NCBI GenBank assembly: GCA_963665325.3
Contig: CAXXWS020000002.1
Coordinates: 416,001-480,000, forward strand
DNA from: Alphaproteobacteria bacterium
Lineage (GTDB): Bacteria > Pseudomonadota > Alphaproteobacteria > Bin95
Direction: 5' to 3'
DNA length: 64,000 nucleotides
The notes beneath the pieces are model-generated. The model worked only from the letters and a program-made list of their open reading frames with translations, was not told where the DNA came from and searched no databases. The translations under genes and the position numbers were made by a program. Shown here in pieces: positions 41,873 to 51,287 of the stretch. Position 1 is the first letter of the stretch. Every line of letters starts with the position of its first letter.

Positions 41873-42538
41873 ATGCCCGACCGTTCGCATTCCACCCCCG
41901 ACATCCTCGCCTTCGTCAGCCAGAAGGGAGGGGCCGGCAAGACGACGCTGGCGCTCAATGTCGCCGCCCATGCCGTCCAGGCCGGGCGCCGGGTCACCGT
42001 TCTCGACTGCGACCCCAATTGCTCGGCCGTCATCTGGGGCGACCTCCGCTCCGAGGCCGCGCCCGAGGTCCGCTACTGCCCCTATCTCCGGCTTGAGAGG
42101 GAGATCGACCGGGCCCGGACGAAGGGTTCGGACTTCATCCTGATCGACACGCCGATGGGCGCGGACGGAGGCCCCGTCGCCGGGGCGCGCCATGCCAACC
42201 TGGTGGTGGTCCCCTGCCGGCAGTCTCTCTTCGACCTCGCCGCGATCCGCGCGAGCCTCGATGTGGCCGCGCTAGCCGGCACGCCGGCCGTCGCGGTGCT
42301 GAATGCAGTCCCGACGCGGGCCGCGCACTGGGAGAGCGAGGCGAGGGACCTGCTCGCCGGCCAGGGGGTGCAGATGCTGCCGGCCGCCATCCGCAACCGC
42401 GTCGCCTTCGTGCGCTCGTCCCGCACCGGCCAGGGCGTCGTCGAGTCCGACCCGCGCGGCGCGGCCGCCAACGAGATCCGCGCCGTGGGCGACGCGCTTC
42501 TCGCCTGGCCGGTCCGCGCGCTCAGGGCCGCCGCATGA
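41873..42538 (+). CDS. parA: ParA family ATPase
   Basis: SQKGGAGKTT, LDCDP, LIDTP. Confidence 0.9.
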   Translation: MPDRSHSTPDILAFVSQKGGAGKTTLALNVAAHAVQAGRRVTVLDCDPNCSAVIWGDLRSEAAPEVRYCPYLRLEREIDRARTKGSDFILIDTPMGADGGPVAGARHANLVVVPCRQSLFDLAAIRASLDVAALAGTPAVAVLNAVPTRAAHWESEARDLLAGQGVQMLPAAIRNRVAFVRSSRTGQGVVESDPRGAAANEIRAVGDALLAWPVRALRAAA

Positions 42539-43599
42539 GCAAGGAAAAGCGGAACGCCGGCAGCGCGCTGATCGAGCACATCGAGGACTGGCGCACCCGC
42601 AATCCGGCTGCGGCGGCCGGGGCCTCCCACATCGACCCCTCGACTGCGCGCCAGCGGAGCACTTGGCCGATCGGCCTCGACCAGATCGAGATCGGCCCCC
42701 GCTTGCGCGAGGTGGACGAAGCCGCAGTCAAGCAGCTTGCGGAGTCCATGGACCGGATCGGCCTTCAGAACCCGATCCAGGTCCGCCACAATTTCGGGAT
42801 CGACCCCGATACCGGCGAATACGAGCGCGACCTCGACAAGGGCGGGTTCGCGCTCGTCGCCGGCGCCCACCGGGTCGAGGCCGCGAGGCGTCTCGGATGG
42901 GGCCGGATCGAGGCGTTCGTGCTCGACGATCCGAGCCCTGACGAGCTCGCCCTGGTCGAGGTCGACGAGAATCTGGTCCGCACCGAGCTCACGCCTCTGC
43001 ATCGCGGCCGCTTCGTTGCCAGGCGCGAGGAACTCTATAAGAAACTGCACCCCGAAGCTGGGCACGGCGGTGACCGCAAGAGCCTGGAATACCAAGACAA
43101 AATCAAGTCCGAAACTTTAGGTTTTGATTTTTCGTCGCCTTCGTTCGTCGAAGAGACGGCAGAGCTGACCGCGCTTTCCAAAGGCACAGTCGAGCGCGCG
43201 CGGCGCATCGGCAAGCACATCCTCCCCGAACTGCAGGAAGAGCTTGAAGACACGCCTATCGCGCGCCGGGAAGGCGATCTCTACCGGCTGGCGGGCCTTT
43301 CGGAAGGCCAGCAGCGGCGCGCCCTTGAGCGGCTTCGCGAAGCGGAGGAGCCGCCCGAAACGCTCTCCGCGCTGATGCAGAAGACGGACGCGCCGCCCGC
43401 GCACCCGAGGGAGCCCACGCGAGCGCAGCAATTCGCGAAGCTCGAGAGCGCCTGGTCCGGGATCGCGCCGCACGACCGGGTCACCGCACTCCACCGGCTC
43501 TGCCTGTCGATCGACCGCGAGCAGCGCGACACGCTTGTCGAGGCGCTGGCGGTGCGATCCGGCACCGCTTCCCTGGACGGCGGTGCAGACCGGCCATGA
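42535..43599 (+). CDS. parB: ParB-like protein
   Basis: LAESM..IGLQNPI, LVAGAHR, DENL.R.EL, GGDRKS. Confidence 0.85.
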   Translation: MSKEKRNAGSALIEHIEDWRTRNPAAAAGASHIDPSTARQRSTWPIGLDQIEIGPRLREVDEAAVKQLAESMDRIGLQNPIQVRHNFGIDPDTGEYERDLDKGGFALVAGAHRVEAARRLGWGRIEAFVLDDPSPDELALVEVDENLVRTELTPLHRGRFVARREELYKKLHPEAGHGGDRKSLEYQDKIKSETLGFDFSSPSFVEETAELTALSKGTVERARRIGKHILPELQEELEDTPIARREGDLYRLAGLSEGQQRRALERLREAEEPPETLSALMQKTDAPPAHPREPTRAQQFAKLESAWSGIAPHDRVTALHRLCLSIDREQRDTLVEALAVRSGTASLDGGADRP

Positions 43600-43713
43600 G
43601 CATCCTCAAACGCTTCCCGGTCGGGTCTCACAAGCCCTTGTCGGCGCCGACGAAACTTCTAGTGCGCCCGCAGGTCGACGTGACCAGCGCCGCCGACGCA
43701 CTTGCTGTTTCCG

Positions 43714-44007
43714 CTAACACGTCTCGTTTATGGCCGCCCAGCGATCATGGGAACGTTCGTCCGGACCCGCAAAAGGGTCTTCCTCCCCAATTGTGCCATC
43801 CATCTCCCCCTGGATTTCCTCGAAGTAGTCGCGACGGTGCCGCTCCTCATAACCGACTTCCGGCTCTGGGCCCTCGTCCAGAACGGGTTCGGTCTGCTCT
43901 GCCCTGGCCCGCGCAATCCGGGCTCTCGGATCGTCCAACGGGGACAACCATGGCAAATCCAGGTCACGTTCATCCGACGTCATCACGCGCTCCTTGTCGT
44001 TCGGCAC
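43714..44007 (-). CDS. Small acidic hypothetical protein
   Basis: D/E-rich 97-aa ORF; only minus-strand candidate in the element. Confidence 0.35.
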   Translation of the reverse strand: MPNDKERVMTSDERDLDLPWLSPLDDPRARIARARAEQTEPVLDEGPEPEVGYEERHRRDYFEEIQGEMDGTIGEEDPFAGPDERSHDRWAAINETC

Positions 44008-44103
44008 CCTATTGTAGGATTGGCACCTGCCGCGGAACAGCGCTCTCTCGCCTCAAGACAAGCCTCAACGTCCACCGCCCCCGCCGCTGCCGGGCGCCTT
44101 CCC

Positions 44104-45087
44104 ATGGCTGAGCGCACCGATATCGAGTGGACCGACGCGACCTGGAACCCGGTGACCGGGTGCAGTATCGCCGGCCCCGGCTGCCGGCACTGCTATGCGA
44201 TGCGTCTCGCGGGGAGCCGGTTGAAGAACCACCCCTCGCGCCGCGGCCTGACCAGGCGAGGCAATGCAGGACCGGTATGGACCGGGAAAGTCCGGCTCAA
44301 CGAGCAATGGCTCATCGATCCTCTCCGCCGCCGCGCCCCGAAGCGCATCTTCGTCTGTGCGCATGCCGATCTCTTCCATCCGTCCGTCCCGACGGAATGG
44401 ATCGATCTCGTCCACGCCGTCATGGCGCATGCGCCGCGCCACGACTTCCAGGTCCTGACCAAGCGGTCCGCGCGCATGGAGGCGTATTTCACCGATCCGG
44501 CCCTGGAAGAGAGGGTGAGAGCCGCGTCCCAGGCGCTGCGGCTGAACTATCCCCGCCGGCGCGATCTCGGCCTGCTACCGGAGCGCCCCCTGTTTCCGCT
44601 GCCGAACGAATGGCTCGGGGTTTCCGTCGAGGATGAGCCTCGAACCCTGCGCATCGACCATCTCAGACGAACGCCGGCTGCCTTACGGTTCGTCTCTTTC
44701 GAGCCGCTGCTGGAGTATCTCGGACCTCTCGATCTCAGCGGGATCTCCTGGGCGATCGTCGGAGGCGAGAGCGGCCCCGGGGCGCGCCCGATGCGGATCG
44801 ACTGGGTCCATGCAATTCACGACGCCTGCTTCGACCAGAACGTCGCCTTCTTCTTCAAGCAGTGGGGCGGCACCCGCCCGAAGAGCGCCGGAAGGCTCCT
44901 CGACGGCGCCCTTCACGACACCATCCCGGAACGGCGCGAGGACGGCTCCTGGTTCATCCCGCTCCCGACCGAAAACCACAACTTCAACGAAGCGGTCCGC
45001 AAGATGGAAGTCATCCTGGACAAATGCCGCCCCGACGCGCCGCCCTCCCACCGGGTGCTTTGCGCGGACGGTAGCCGGCTCGCCTGA
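44104..45087 (+). CDS. DUF5131 (phage Gp37/Gp68-like) protein
   Basis: IEWTDATWNPVTGC...GCRHCYA, LTKR, SFEPLL, VGGESG, FFKQWGG. Confidence 0.9.
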   Translation: MAERTDIEWTDATWNPVTGCSIAGPGCRHCYAMRLAGSRLKNHPSRRGLTRRGNAGPVWTGKVRLNEQWLIDPLRRRAPKRIFVCAHADLFHPSVPTEWIDLVHAVMAHAPRHDFQVLTKRSARMEAYFTDPALEERVRAASQALRLNYPRRRDLGLLPERPLFPLPNEWLGVSVEDEPRTLRIDHLRRTPAALRFVSFEPLLEYLGPLDLSGISWAIVGGESGPGARPMRIDWVHAIHDACFDQNVAFFFKQWGGTRPKSAGRLLDGALHDTIPERREDGSWFIPLPTENHNFNEAVRKMEVILDKCRPDAPPSHRVLCADGSRLA

Positions 45088-45091
45088 GCTT

Positions 45092-46147
45092 ATGGCCCGA
45101 AGACGCCACATGGAGCGCGATGCCGCCATCAGCCGCGCCGTCGCTGCCGGCCAGAGCGTCCGCTCCATTGCCGTCGACTACGACCTCGCCGTCTCGACGG
45201 TCTACGGCATCACCCGCCGCGAGGGCTGGACGTTCCATAACGGCCCGAGGCAGAAGCCCGGCTTCTGCGCTCGCGGCTGCTGCCCGCGTCCCCTGCCGCG
45301 CCCGCGCAACCGCTTCTGCAGCCATGAGTGTTTCGTGGCCTGGCGCCGGGCCCATCTTCCCGTCTGCCCCGGATGCGGAGGCAGGGTCGGGCGCCTCTCC
45401 TCCAAGTTCTGCTCGCGCCTCTGCTACCGGCTCTGGCTCCGGGACCGCTGGGCCGAAATCAACGAGGACCGCGACTGCCGCATCCTCATGGAAGCACGGT
45501 CCGGGAGGCCGCTGGCGCGGATCGCCGCCTTCCACGGCGTCAGCCACAGGACGGTCTCGAAGGTCGTCAACGGCCATCGGCAGGAAGACGGCGCCGTTTG
45601 CTCGGCTCCCGGCTGCCAGGCTCCGCTCCCACGGCGCCGGCTGCGTTTCTGCAGCGCCTCCTGCCGCCGGGCCTGGAACGAGGCACAGAGGCCGCCCTGC
45701 GCGAACGGTTGCGGCGCCCGCGCCAGCCGGCGCTCGGGTCGGTTCTGCGGCTCGCGCTGCCATGCCGCTCATGCCGCAGGCGAGGCCCGCCGGCGCAATC
45801 TCGTCCGCGACACATTCATGGTCCTCGCCGCGGCCGCCGGCGTGCCGCCCGCGGAGATCGCGCTCCGGACCGGCCTCAGCAAAGGCTATGTCTCGCAGAT
45901 CGTCCGCCGCCGCGACCGCCGTCTTCTTTCCGCCCCCGATCGCAAGGAGTCCGTCAGCATGTCCAGCATGCACATCCTGCCCGACGACCCCGACTGCCCG
46001 GATTGCGGCGCCCGCATGTGGAGCCGCACCGCACCCCGGACGAGGGAGTGCCAGGCATGCGGGTTCGTCCAGCATCTCGAGACGCTCGAAGAGAACGCAG
46101 AGCGTCTCCAGCGCGAAATCGACGCCGAAATCGCAAGCGGTGCCTGA
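45092..46147 (+). CDS. HTH plus FCS-type zinc-finger repeat protein
   Basis: Three HTH-like segments and four C..C...FC(S/G)..C motifs; C-terminal CPDC/CQAC ribbon. Confidence 0.65.
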   Translation: MARRRHMERDAAISRAVAAGQSVRSIAVDYDLAVSTVYGITRREGWTFHNGPRQKPGFCARGCCPRPLPRPRNRFCSHECFVAWRRAHLPVCPGCGGRVGRLSSKFCSRLCYRLWLRDRWAEINEDRDCRILMEARSGRPLARIAAFHGVSHRTVSKVVNGHRQEDGAVCSAPGCQAPLPRRRLRFCSASCRRAWNEAQRPPCANGCGARASRRSGRFCGSRCHAAHAAGEARRRNLVRDTFMVLAAAAGVPPAEIALRTGLSKGYVSQIVRRRDRRLLSAPDRKESVSMSSMHILPDDPDCPDCGARMWSRTAPRTRECQACGFVQHLETLEENAERLQREIDAEIASGA

Positions 46148-46191
46148 CTGCCGCACGCCTTTCCCCCGAATCCCCGCCCCTGGAGGACGAC

Positions 46192-46419
46192 ATGACCCCG
46201 GCAATCCCACCCCGCCTGTTCTACCCGGAACCGCTGTTCATGCACGACACGGCGCGCTGCCGCTGTTGCGGCTGTCACGACCTGGACGCCTGCGTGGACG
46301 AGGACTCCGACATGGCGTGCTGGTGGGTCGAGCCCGATCTCTGCTCGGCCTGCGCTGCCGAGCTGGCCGCAGGGCTCGATCCGGAAATGGCCGGCCTCTA
46401 TGCCGGGGACGGGGAATGA
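46192..46419 (+). CDS. Small Cys-rich zinc-binding protein
   Basis: CRCCGC.DLDAC...CWWV..DLCSAC; GGAGG RBS. Confidence 0.65.
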   Translation: MTPAIPPRLFYPEPLFMHDTARCRCCGCHDLDACVDEDSDMACWWVEPDLCSACAAELAAGLDPEMAGLYAGDGE

Positions 46420-47132
46420 CCCCCGCGCCCCATGACCGGGCCCGGACGGGACGGCGGTGCGCCTGCCGGCTCCTTGCAGCTGCCGCGCTCGCCGCCTGTC
46501 TCTCCTGGCCCGCCGGGGCGGAGGTGATTTCCGGGAAGGCCCGCGTGGTGGACGGCGACACGCTTGCCGTTGCCGGCCAGCGCATCCGCCTCGACGGGAT
46601 CGACGCCCCCGAGACGCGGCAGACCTGCCGGCGCAACGGACGGCGATGGGCCTGCGGGAAAGCCGCGACGAAGGCCATGCGCCGCCTCATCGGCCGGAAC
46701 CCGGTGCGCTGCGAGGTCAGCGACCGGGACCGCTACGGTCGTGCGGTCGCGACCTGCCATGCGGCCGGCCGGGACCTGCAGCAGGAACTGGTCCGCCAGG
46801 GTCTGGCGCTGGTCTACCGGCGCTACTCGACCCGCTACGTCCCCGAGGAGGATGCCGCGCGCCGGGAGCGCGCCGGCCTCTGGTCCGGGGCGTTCGAGGA
46901 GCCCTGGAACTGGCGCCGGCAGCGCCGCGAACGCAGGCAAACCCGGAACCCGCCGTCCCGCAATGGCGGTTCCTGCCTCATCAAGGGCAACATCTCCCGG
47001 AACGGCCGCATCTACCATGTGCCGGGCGGCGAACATTACGACCGGACCCGCATCGACGAATCCCGGGGCGAGCGCTGGTTCTGCACGGAGGCCGGGGCGC
47101 GGGCCGCCGGCTGGCGTCGCGCCCGGCGGTGA
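46416..47132 (+). CDS. Thermonuclease (SNase) family secreted nuclease
   Basis: VVDGDT, IRLDGIDAPE, DRYGR; C-terminal CLIKGNI...YH.PG...WFC. Confidence 0.9.
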   Translation: MTPAPHDRARTGRRCACRLLAAAALAACLSWPAGAEVISGKARVVDGDTLAVAGQRIRLDGIDAPETRQTCRRNGRRWACGKAATKAMRRLIGRNPVRCEVSDRDRYGRAVATCHAAGRDLQQELVRQGLALVYRRYSTRYVPEEDAARRERAGLWSGAFEEPWNWRRQRRERRQTRNPPSRNGGSCLIKGNISRNGRIYHVPGGEHYDRTRIDESRGERWFCTEAGARAAGWRRARR

Positions 47133-47234
47133 GTGCGTCTTGCCGGCTATGCCCCGAAGGAACGCCGCAGCCCGTTGCCGCCCCGCGCGCGCGGGGCCAG
47201 AGCGTCCCGTCTTTCGAAACCCGAAGGACGGGAC

Positions 47235-48824
47235 ATGACAACGGACGGCTCCCCGATCGCGCGCTTCGCGATCTATGCGCGCTATTCTTCCCCCTTGCAG
47301 GAGATGACCTCGATCGCAGGCCAGCTCCGCCTCTGCCGCGACCGCGTCGCCACTCTGGGCGGCGTGATCGCGGACGAATACACCGACCCGGAGCTTTCGG
47401 GCACGGCCATGCAGTTGCGCCCGGGGCTCCGGCAGCTGATCGAGGACGCCCGCGCGAGACGGTTCGACGCCGTCTACGTCGAAGCTCTCGACCGGCTCGC
47501 CAGGAGCCAGGCCGACATGACTTGGCTCTATCGGGAGCTCCGGTTCCTGGGGATCGACCTGTACAGCCTGGAGGACGGGCAGGTCGACGCCCTGCATGCC
47601 GGCATCAAGGCAATAGTGAGCGAGATGTTCATCGAAAATATCGGCAACAAGACGCGCCGCGGCCAGATCGAGGCCGTGCATGATCTTCGCCTCATCGGGT
47701 CCAGCGTCTATGGCTACAGGATCGCCAACCGCATCGACGAGAGCGGGAAGCCTGTCCGCGGGCTGCGGACCGTCGAACCCGGGGAAGCGGAGGTCGTGCG
47801 GCGCATCTACCGGCTCTATCTGGACGGCATGAGCCCCACCCAGATCGTCCGCCTGCTCGACCGGGAAGACGTGCCCGGCCCGGACGGGGAACCCTGGACG
47901 GTCCGCACCGTGCGCGGCACCAGCCAGAACGGCATCCTGCGCAACGAGATCTATTGCGGGCGGCTGATATACGGGCGCACCCGCAGCCGGCGCCATCCGG
48001 ACACCGGGCGGCGCCATTTCGATGCCGTCCCCCGCGAGCAATGGACCATTACCGAGGCGCCGGAGCTGCGCATCGTCGACGAGGAGACCTTTCAGGCCGT
48101 CCAGGACGAGGTGCAGCGCCGCCGCCGCCGCCACCACGCCGTGGTGACGCCGCAGCGCAAGGCGGCCTATCCGCTGACCGCCAGGGTCCGCTGCGGCCTT
48201 TGCGGCTCGCACATGATCATTGCGGACAGGAACACCTATCGCTGCGTGACCCGCCGGCGCGACCCGGAGAGCTGCAACAACGGCCGCGGCATCCTGCTGG
48301 AGGACCTGGAGGATAGTGCCGCCCGGCAGCTCTTCGGCTGGCTGCTGTCCCGCGACCGCGACTGGCAGGACATGTTCGCGGCCGCCGGGCGCGAGAACGC
48401 CGGGCGCCGCCGCATCCTCCAGGAGCGGGCCGGGGACGCCACCGACGGGATCGGCCGCCTGCTCGCCGTGATCGAAAGCGGCATCCCCTCGACCAGCATC
48501 GGCGACCGGGTTCTCGAGCTTGAGCGCGCCCGCAACGAAGCGTTAGCAGAACTGGAGCGAATGCCGGAACCGCCGCCGCCCGCCAGTTTCGACGTCAGGG
48601 CGTTCATGCGCGGGCGCGTCGCCGAGTTCCGGCGCGCCGTCGCCGGTAGCGCGCGGACCGACCGGCGCGAGCAGGTGCTGCTCGTCCTCCGCGACCTGAT
48701 CGCCCATATCGAGGTGCGCCCGTCCGACGGCCCCGAACGGGTCGAGGTGGAGACGGCCCCCGACATCCCGGCGATCGTCGAGATGATTTCGCGCCATGCC
48801 GCCGCCGGCGAACGCGGCGCATGA
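47235..48824 (+). CDS. Large serine recombinase
   Basis: IYARYSS, RPGL, DRLARS, YGY recombinase domain, CGLCG...YRC...C zinc ribbon. Confidence 0.92.
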   Translation: MTTDGSPIARFAIYARYSSPLQEMTSIAGQLRLCRDRVATLGGVIADEYTDPELSGTAMQLRPGLRQLIEDARARRFDAVYVEALDRLARSQADMTWLYRELRFLGIDLYSLEDGQVDALHAGIKAIVSEMFIENIGNKTRRGQIEAVHDLRLIGSSVYGYRIANRIDESGKPVRGLRTVEPGEAEVVRRIYRLYLDGMSPTQIVRLLDREDVPGPDGEPWTVRTVRGTSQNGILRNEIYCGRLIYGRTRSRRHPDTGRRHFDAVPREQWTITEAPELRIVDEETFQAVQDEVQRRRRRHHAVVTPQRKAAYPLTARVRCGLCGSHMIIADRNTYRCVTRRRDPESCNNGRGILLEDLEDSAARQLFGWLLSRDRDWQDMFAAAGRENAGRRRILQERAGDATDGIGRLLAVIESGIPSTSIGDRVLELERARNEALAELERMPEPPPPASFDVRAFMRGRVAEFRRAVAGSARTDRREQVLLVLRDLIAHIEVRPSDGPERVEVETAPDIPAIVEMISRHAAAGERGA

Positions 48825-48938
48825 AACCCGCAAGTGTGAGGAAAGCCTGACCCCTGAACCCGAGGGTGCGGTCAAGCCGCGCCCCCTGTCTGCCGGCCCG
48901 GCCGGCCCTGTCACGACAACCCCAGGAGGAACGCTCCC

Positions 48939-49307
48939 ATGTCCAACGTCATCCCGATCGAGCCATACCTGTGGGACCAGGACGCGTCCGAATATCTGTA
49001 TCCGGACGAGGACTTCCACGAATACGACTACGAGCCGCTGCCCGAGCCGGTGCCGGTCTACGAGCCGCGCCCGAAGACCTACGACCTCCAGAAGCTCTCC
49101 GAGCTCACCGCAAAGCTCGGGCGGGAGTCCGGCTTCAATCTCGGCATCGACGAGACCGCGGTCGAGGCCGCCTTCCACTTCGCGAAGGAGCAGGCCGGGC
49201 GCATGGAGGTCCCGCTGGAGCAGGCGCTGGAGATCGCGGGCTGGGCCATTCTCAACTACGAGCGCGGGCGCCGCGACCCGGAACTCTACAGGATCCGGCC
49301 GTTCTGA
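48939..49307 (+). CDS. Acidic hypothetical protein
   Basis: AGGAGG RBS; D/E/Y/P-rich N-terminus. Confidence 0.7.
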   Translation: MSNVIPIEPYLWDQDASEYLYPDEDFHEYDYEPLPEPVPVYEPRPKTYDLQKLSELTAKLGRESGFNLGIDETAVEAAFHFAKEQAGRMEVPLEQALEIAGWAILNYERGRRDPELYRIRPF

Positions 49308-49418
49308 AGCGCCGCCAACCATAACCTCCTCGCCGCGCCGCCGGTCGCTGCCCCGGCAACCCCGGAGCCGGAAATGTCCGGGGCGCCTCGGGAGGGCCAG
49401 GAAGAGGGAGGCGGCGCC

Positions 49419-50447
49419 ATGCGTGGCGATCCAGCGCCAACACACAGCCTGAAGGACCTGAACGCCTTGCTGGCGGCCGATATCGAGGCCGTTTGCCGAC
49501 ATTACCTTCCGAACGGGAAGCGCAACGGCAACTACTGGCAGGTGGGCAGCACCGCCGGCGAGGAGGGCGCCTCGCTGCGCATCAACCTGTCCGGGCGCTG
49601 GCGTGGACGCTGGAGGGACTGGGCCAACCCGAAGGACCGGGGCAGCCCCCTCGACCTGATCCGCGCCGTGCGCAACTACGCCAGCATCGGGGAAGCGGCC
49701 GCCGAGGTGCGCCGCTACCTGGCGCTTCCGGCATATGAGCGGCCCCGGTGCGGTCCCCGCCGCCCGGACGGCGCGCCGGAGGCGCAGACGGGCCTGGAAC
49801 GGGTGCTCGAGGGCGCGAAGACGATCGGGGCAGACGACCCGGCCGGGCGTTATCTCGCCTCGCGCGGCCTCGCCATAGAGGACGCCCGCGCCGCCGGGCT
49901 GCGCTTCCGCCCCGACACCTGGGTCCAGGTGGACGGCAAGAAATGCGAGCTGCCGGCCCTGCTCGCGCCGATCCGCGCGCTCGACGGCACGCTGGAGGGC
50001 CTGCAGCGGATATTCCTCGCCCCGGACGGAAGCAAGGCCTCGATCCCGGACCCGAAACGGACCAGCGGGCGGCTCTTCTCCGGCGCCGTGCGCTGGCCCA
50101 TGTCCGGGGCGAGCCGCATGGTGCTGACCGAGGGGATCGAGGACGCGCTCGCCGTCATAAGGGCACTCGGCGCCGGCCGGCCTCACGATATCGCCGTCGC
50201 GGCCGCGATCTCCGCCGGGCGCGTCCACCGCGTCGGCCTCTCCCCGGACATCCGGCGCGTGACGCTCGTCCAGGACCGCGACATGGCGGGCGAACAGGCA
50301 TGGGTCGCACTCTGCCGCGAGCATGGAGGCTCCGCCCTGCTGCTCGACCGGATCATTCCCGGCAAGAAGGACGCCAATGACGAGCTCCTCGCGCTCGGCC
50401 CCGCCGGGTTCCTGGCGAGGCTCGCGGCCCAGGGACTGTCCGGCTGA
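49419..50447 (+). CDS. Toprim-domain primase-like protein, paralog 1
   Basis: YLPNG...GRWRDWA; YLASRGL; TEGIEDAL; QDRD; KDAND. Confidence 0.82.
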   Translation: MRGDPAPTHSLKDLNALLAADIEAVCRHYLPNGKRNGNYWQVGSTAGEEGASLRINLSGRWRGRWRDWANPKDRGSPLDLIRAVRNYASIGEAAAEVRRYLALPAYERPRCGPRRPDGAPEAQTGLERVLEGAKTIGADDPAGRYLASRGLAIEDARAAGLRFRPDTWVQVDGKKCELPALLAPIRALDGTLEGLQRIFLAPDGSKASIPDPKRTSGRLFSGAVRWPMSGASRMVLTEGIEDALAVIRALGAGRPHDIAVAAAISAGRVHRVGLSPDIRRVTLVQDRDMAGEQAWVALCREHGGSALLLDRIIPGKKDANDELLALGPAGFLARLAAQGLSG

Positions 50448-50618
50448 CACGGGGGCTGCAGGGCCACCGCCGCGCACGCCGCAGCCCTCCCGCCGGCGCC
50501 TCCGTTCCCGGCCGGCCGCCGGAAGTTGGGGAAGGGGTTGCCGAGGTATCGATGCGGGCGCGGCTTGCTTCCGGCCCGTTCCGATCCCATACTCCCCAAC
50601 GGACAGGAGACGAGGCAC

Positions 50619-51161
50619 ATGACCTCTCCCGAAACCCCTTCCCCGGAACCGCAGCGCAGCATGTTCGGCATCGGTGACGGCAGCTGGAAGGCGATGATCC
50701 CGGCCGCCACCGTGCTCACCTTTTTCGTGCTCTTTCTGGTCGGGATACTCGGCTGGTTCGACAGTCGCATCGACGGGGTCGAAATGCGCCTGACCGCCCA
50801 GATCGTCGAGGTGAAGGCGGATCTGACGAACCGGATTGATGAGGTTAAGGCAGACCTCAGAGCAACCGAGACTCGCCTGTCCGACCGGATCGACCGGGTC
50901 GAGACTCGCCTGTCGGACCGGATCGACCGGGTAGAGACCGATCTCGGCACCCGCATCGACGGGGTGAAGGCGGAACTGGCTGCGAGCGAGGCGCGCCGCG
51001 CGGCCGTGGATGCGCAGCTTTCCGCCGATATCGAGCAGGTCTCCGCCGGTGTCGCGGAGAACCGGGCCGCGCATCGCGAGCTCGCCGGCTTCGTGCGCGC
51101 CAGCCGCTCGCAGGAGCCGCCTCCGGCGAGCGACCGGCCGGGTCCCGCACCGCCGCAGTAG
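50619..51161 (+). CDS. Membrane-anchored coiled-coil protein with 11-aa repeats
   Basis: One TM helix, then ETRLSDRIDRV x2 (33-bp tandem repeat 50868-50933); AGGAG RBS. Confidence 0.75.
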   Translation: MTSPETPSPEPQRSMFGIGDGSWKAMIPAATVLTFFVLFLVGILGWFDSRIDGVEMRLTAQIVEVKADLTNRIDEVKADLRATETRLSDRIDRVETRLSDRIDRVETDLGTRIDGVKAELAASEARRAAVDAQLSADIEQVSAGVAENRAAHRELAGFVRASRSQEPPPASDRPGPAPPQ

Positions 51162-51287
51162 CCGCACGCACCCCATAGCCGGCGCCGTTTTCGCCCCTTC
51201 CCGGCCCAAGGTCGGGAAGGGGTTTTTCGTGGCGATCCGCGCGGGCCGTCCTGTTCGCGCGTCCCTCCACGACAGGAGACGCTGCCC

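Noticed and set aside
38949-47132. Prophage
   Set aside because: Phage-like Rep and DUF5131 are present, but there are no terminase, capsid, tail or lysis genes in the window, and the relaxase and ParAB point to a plasmid/ICE.
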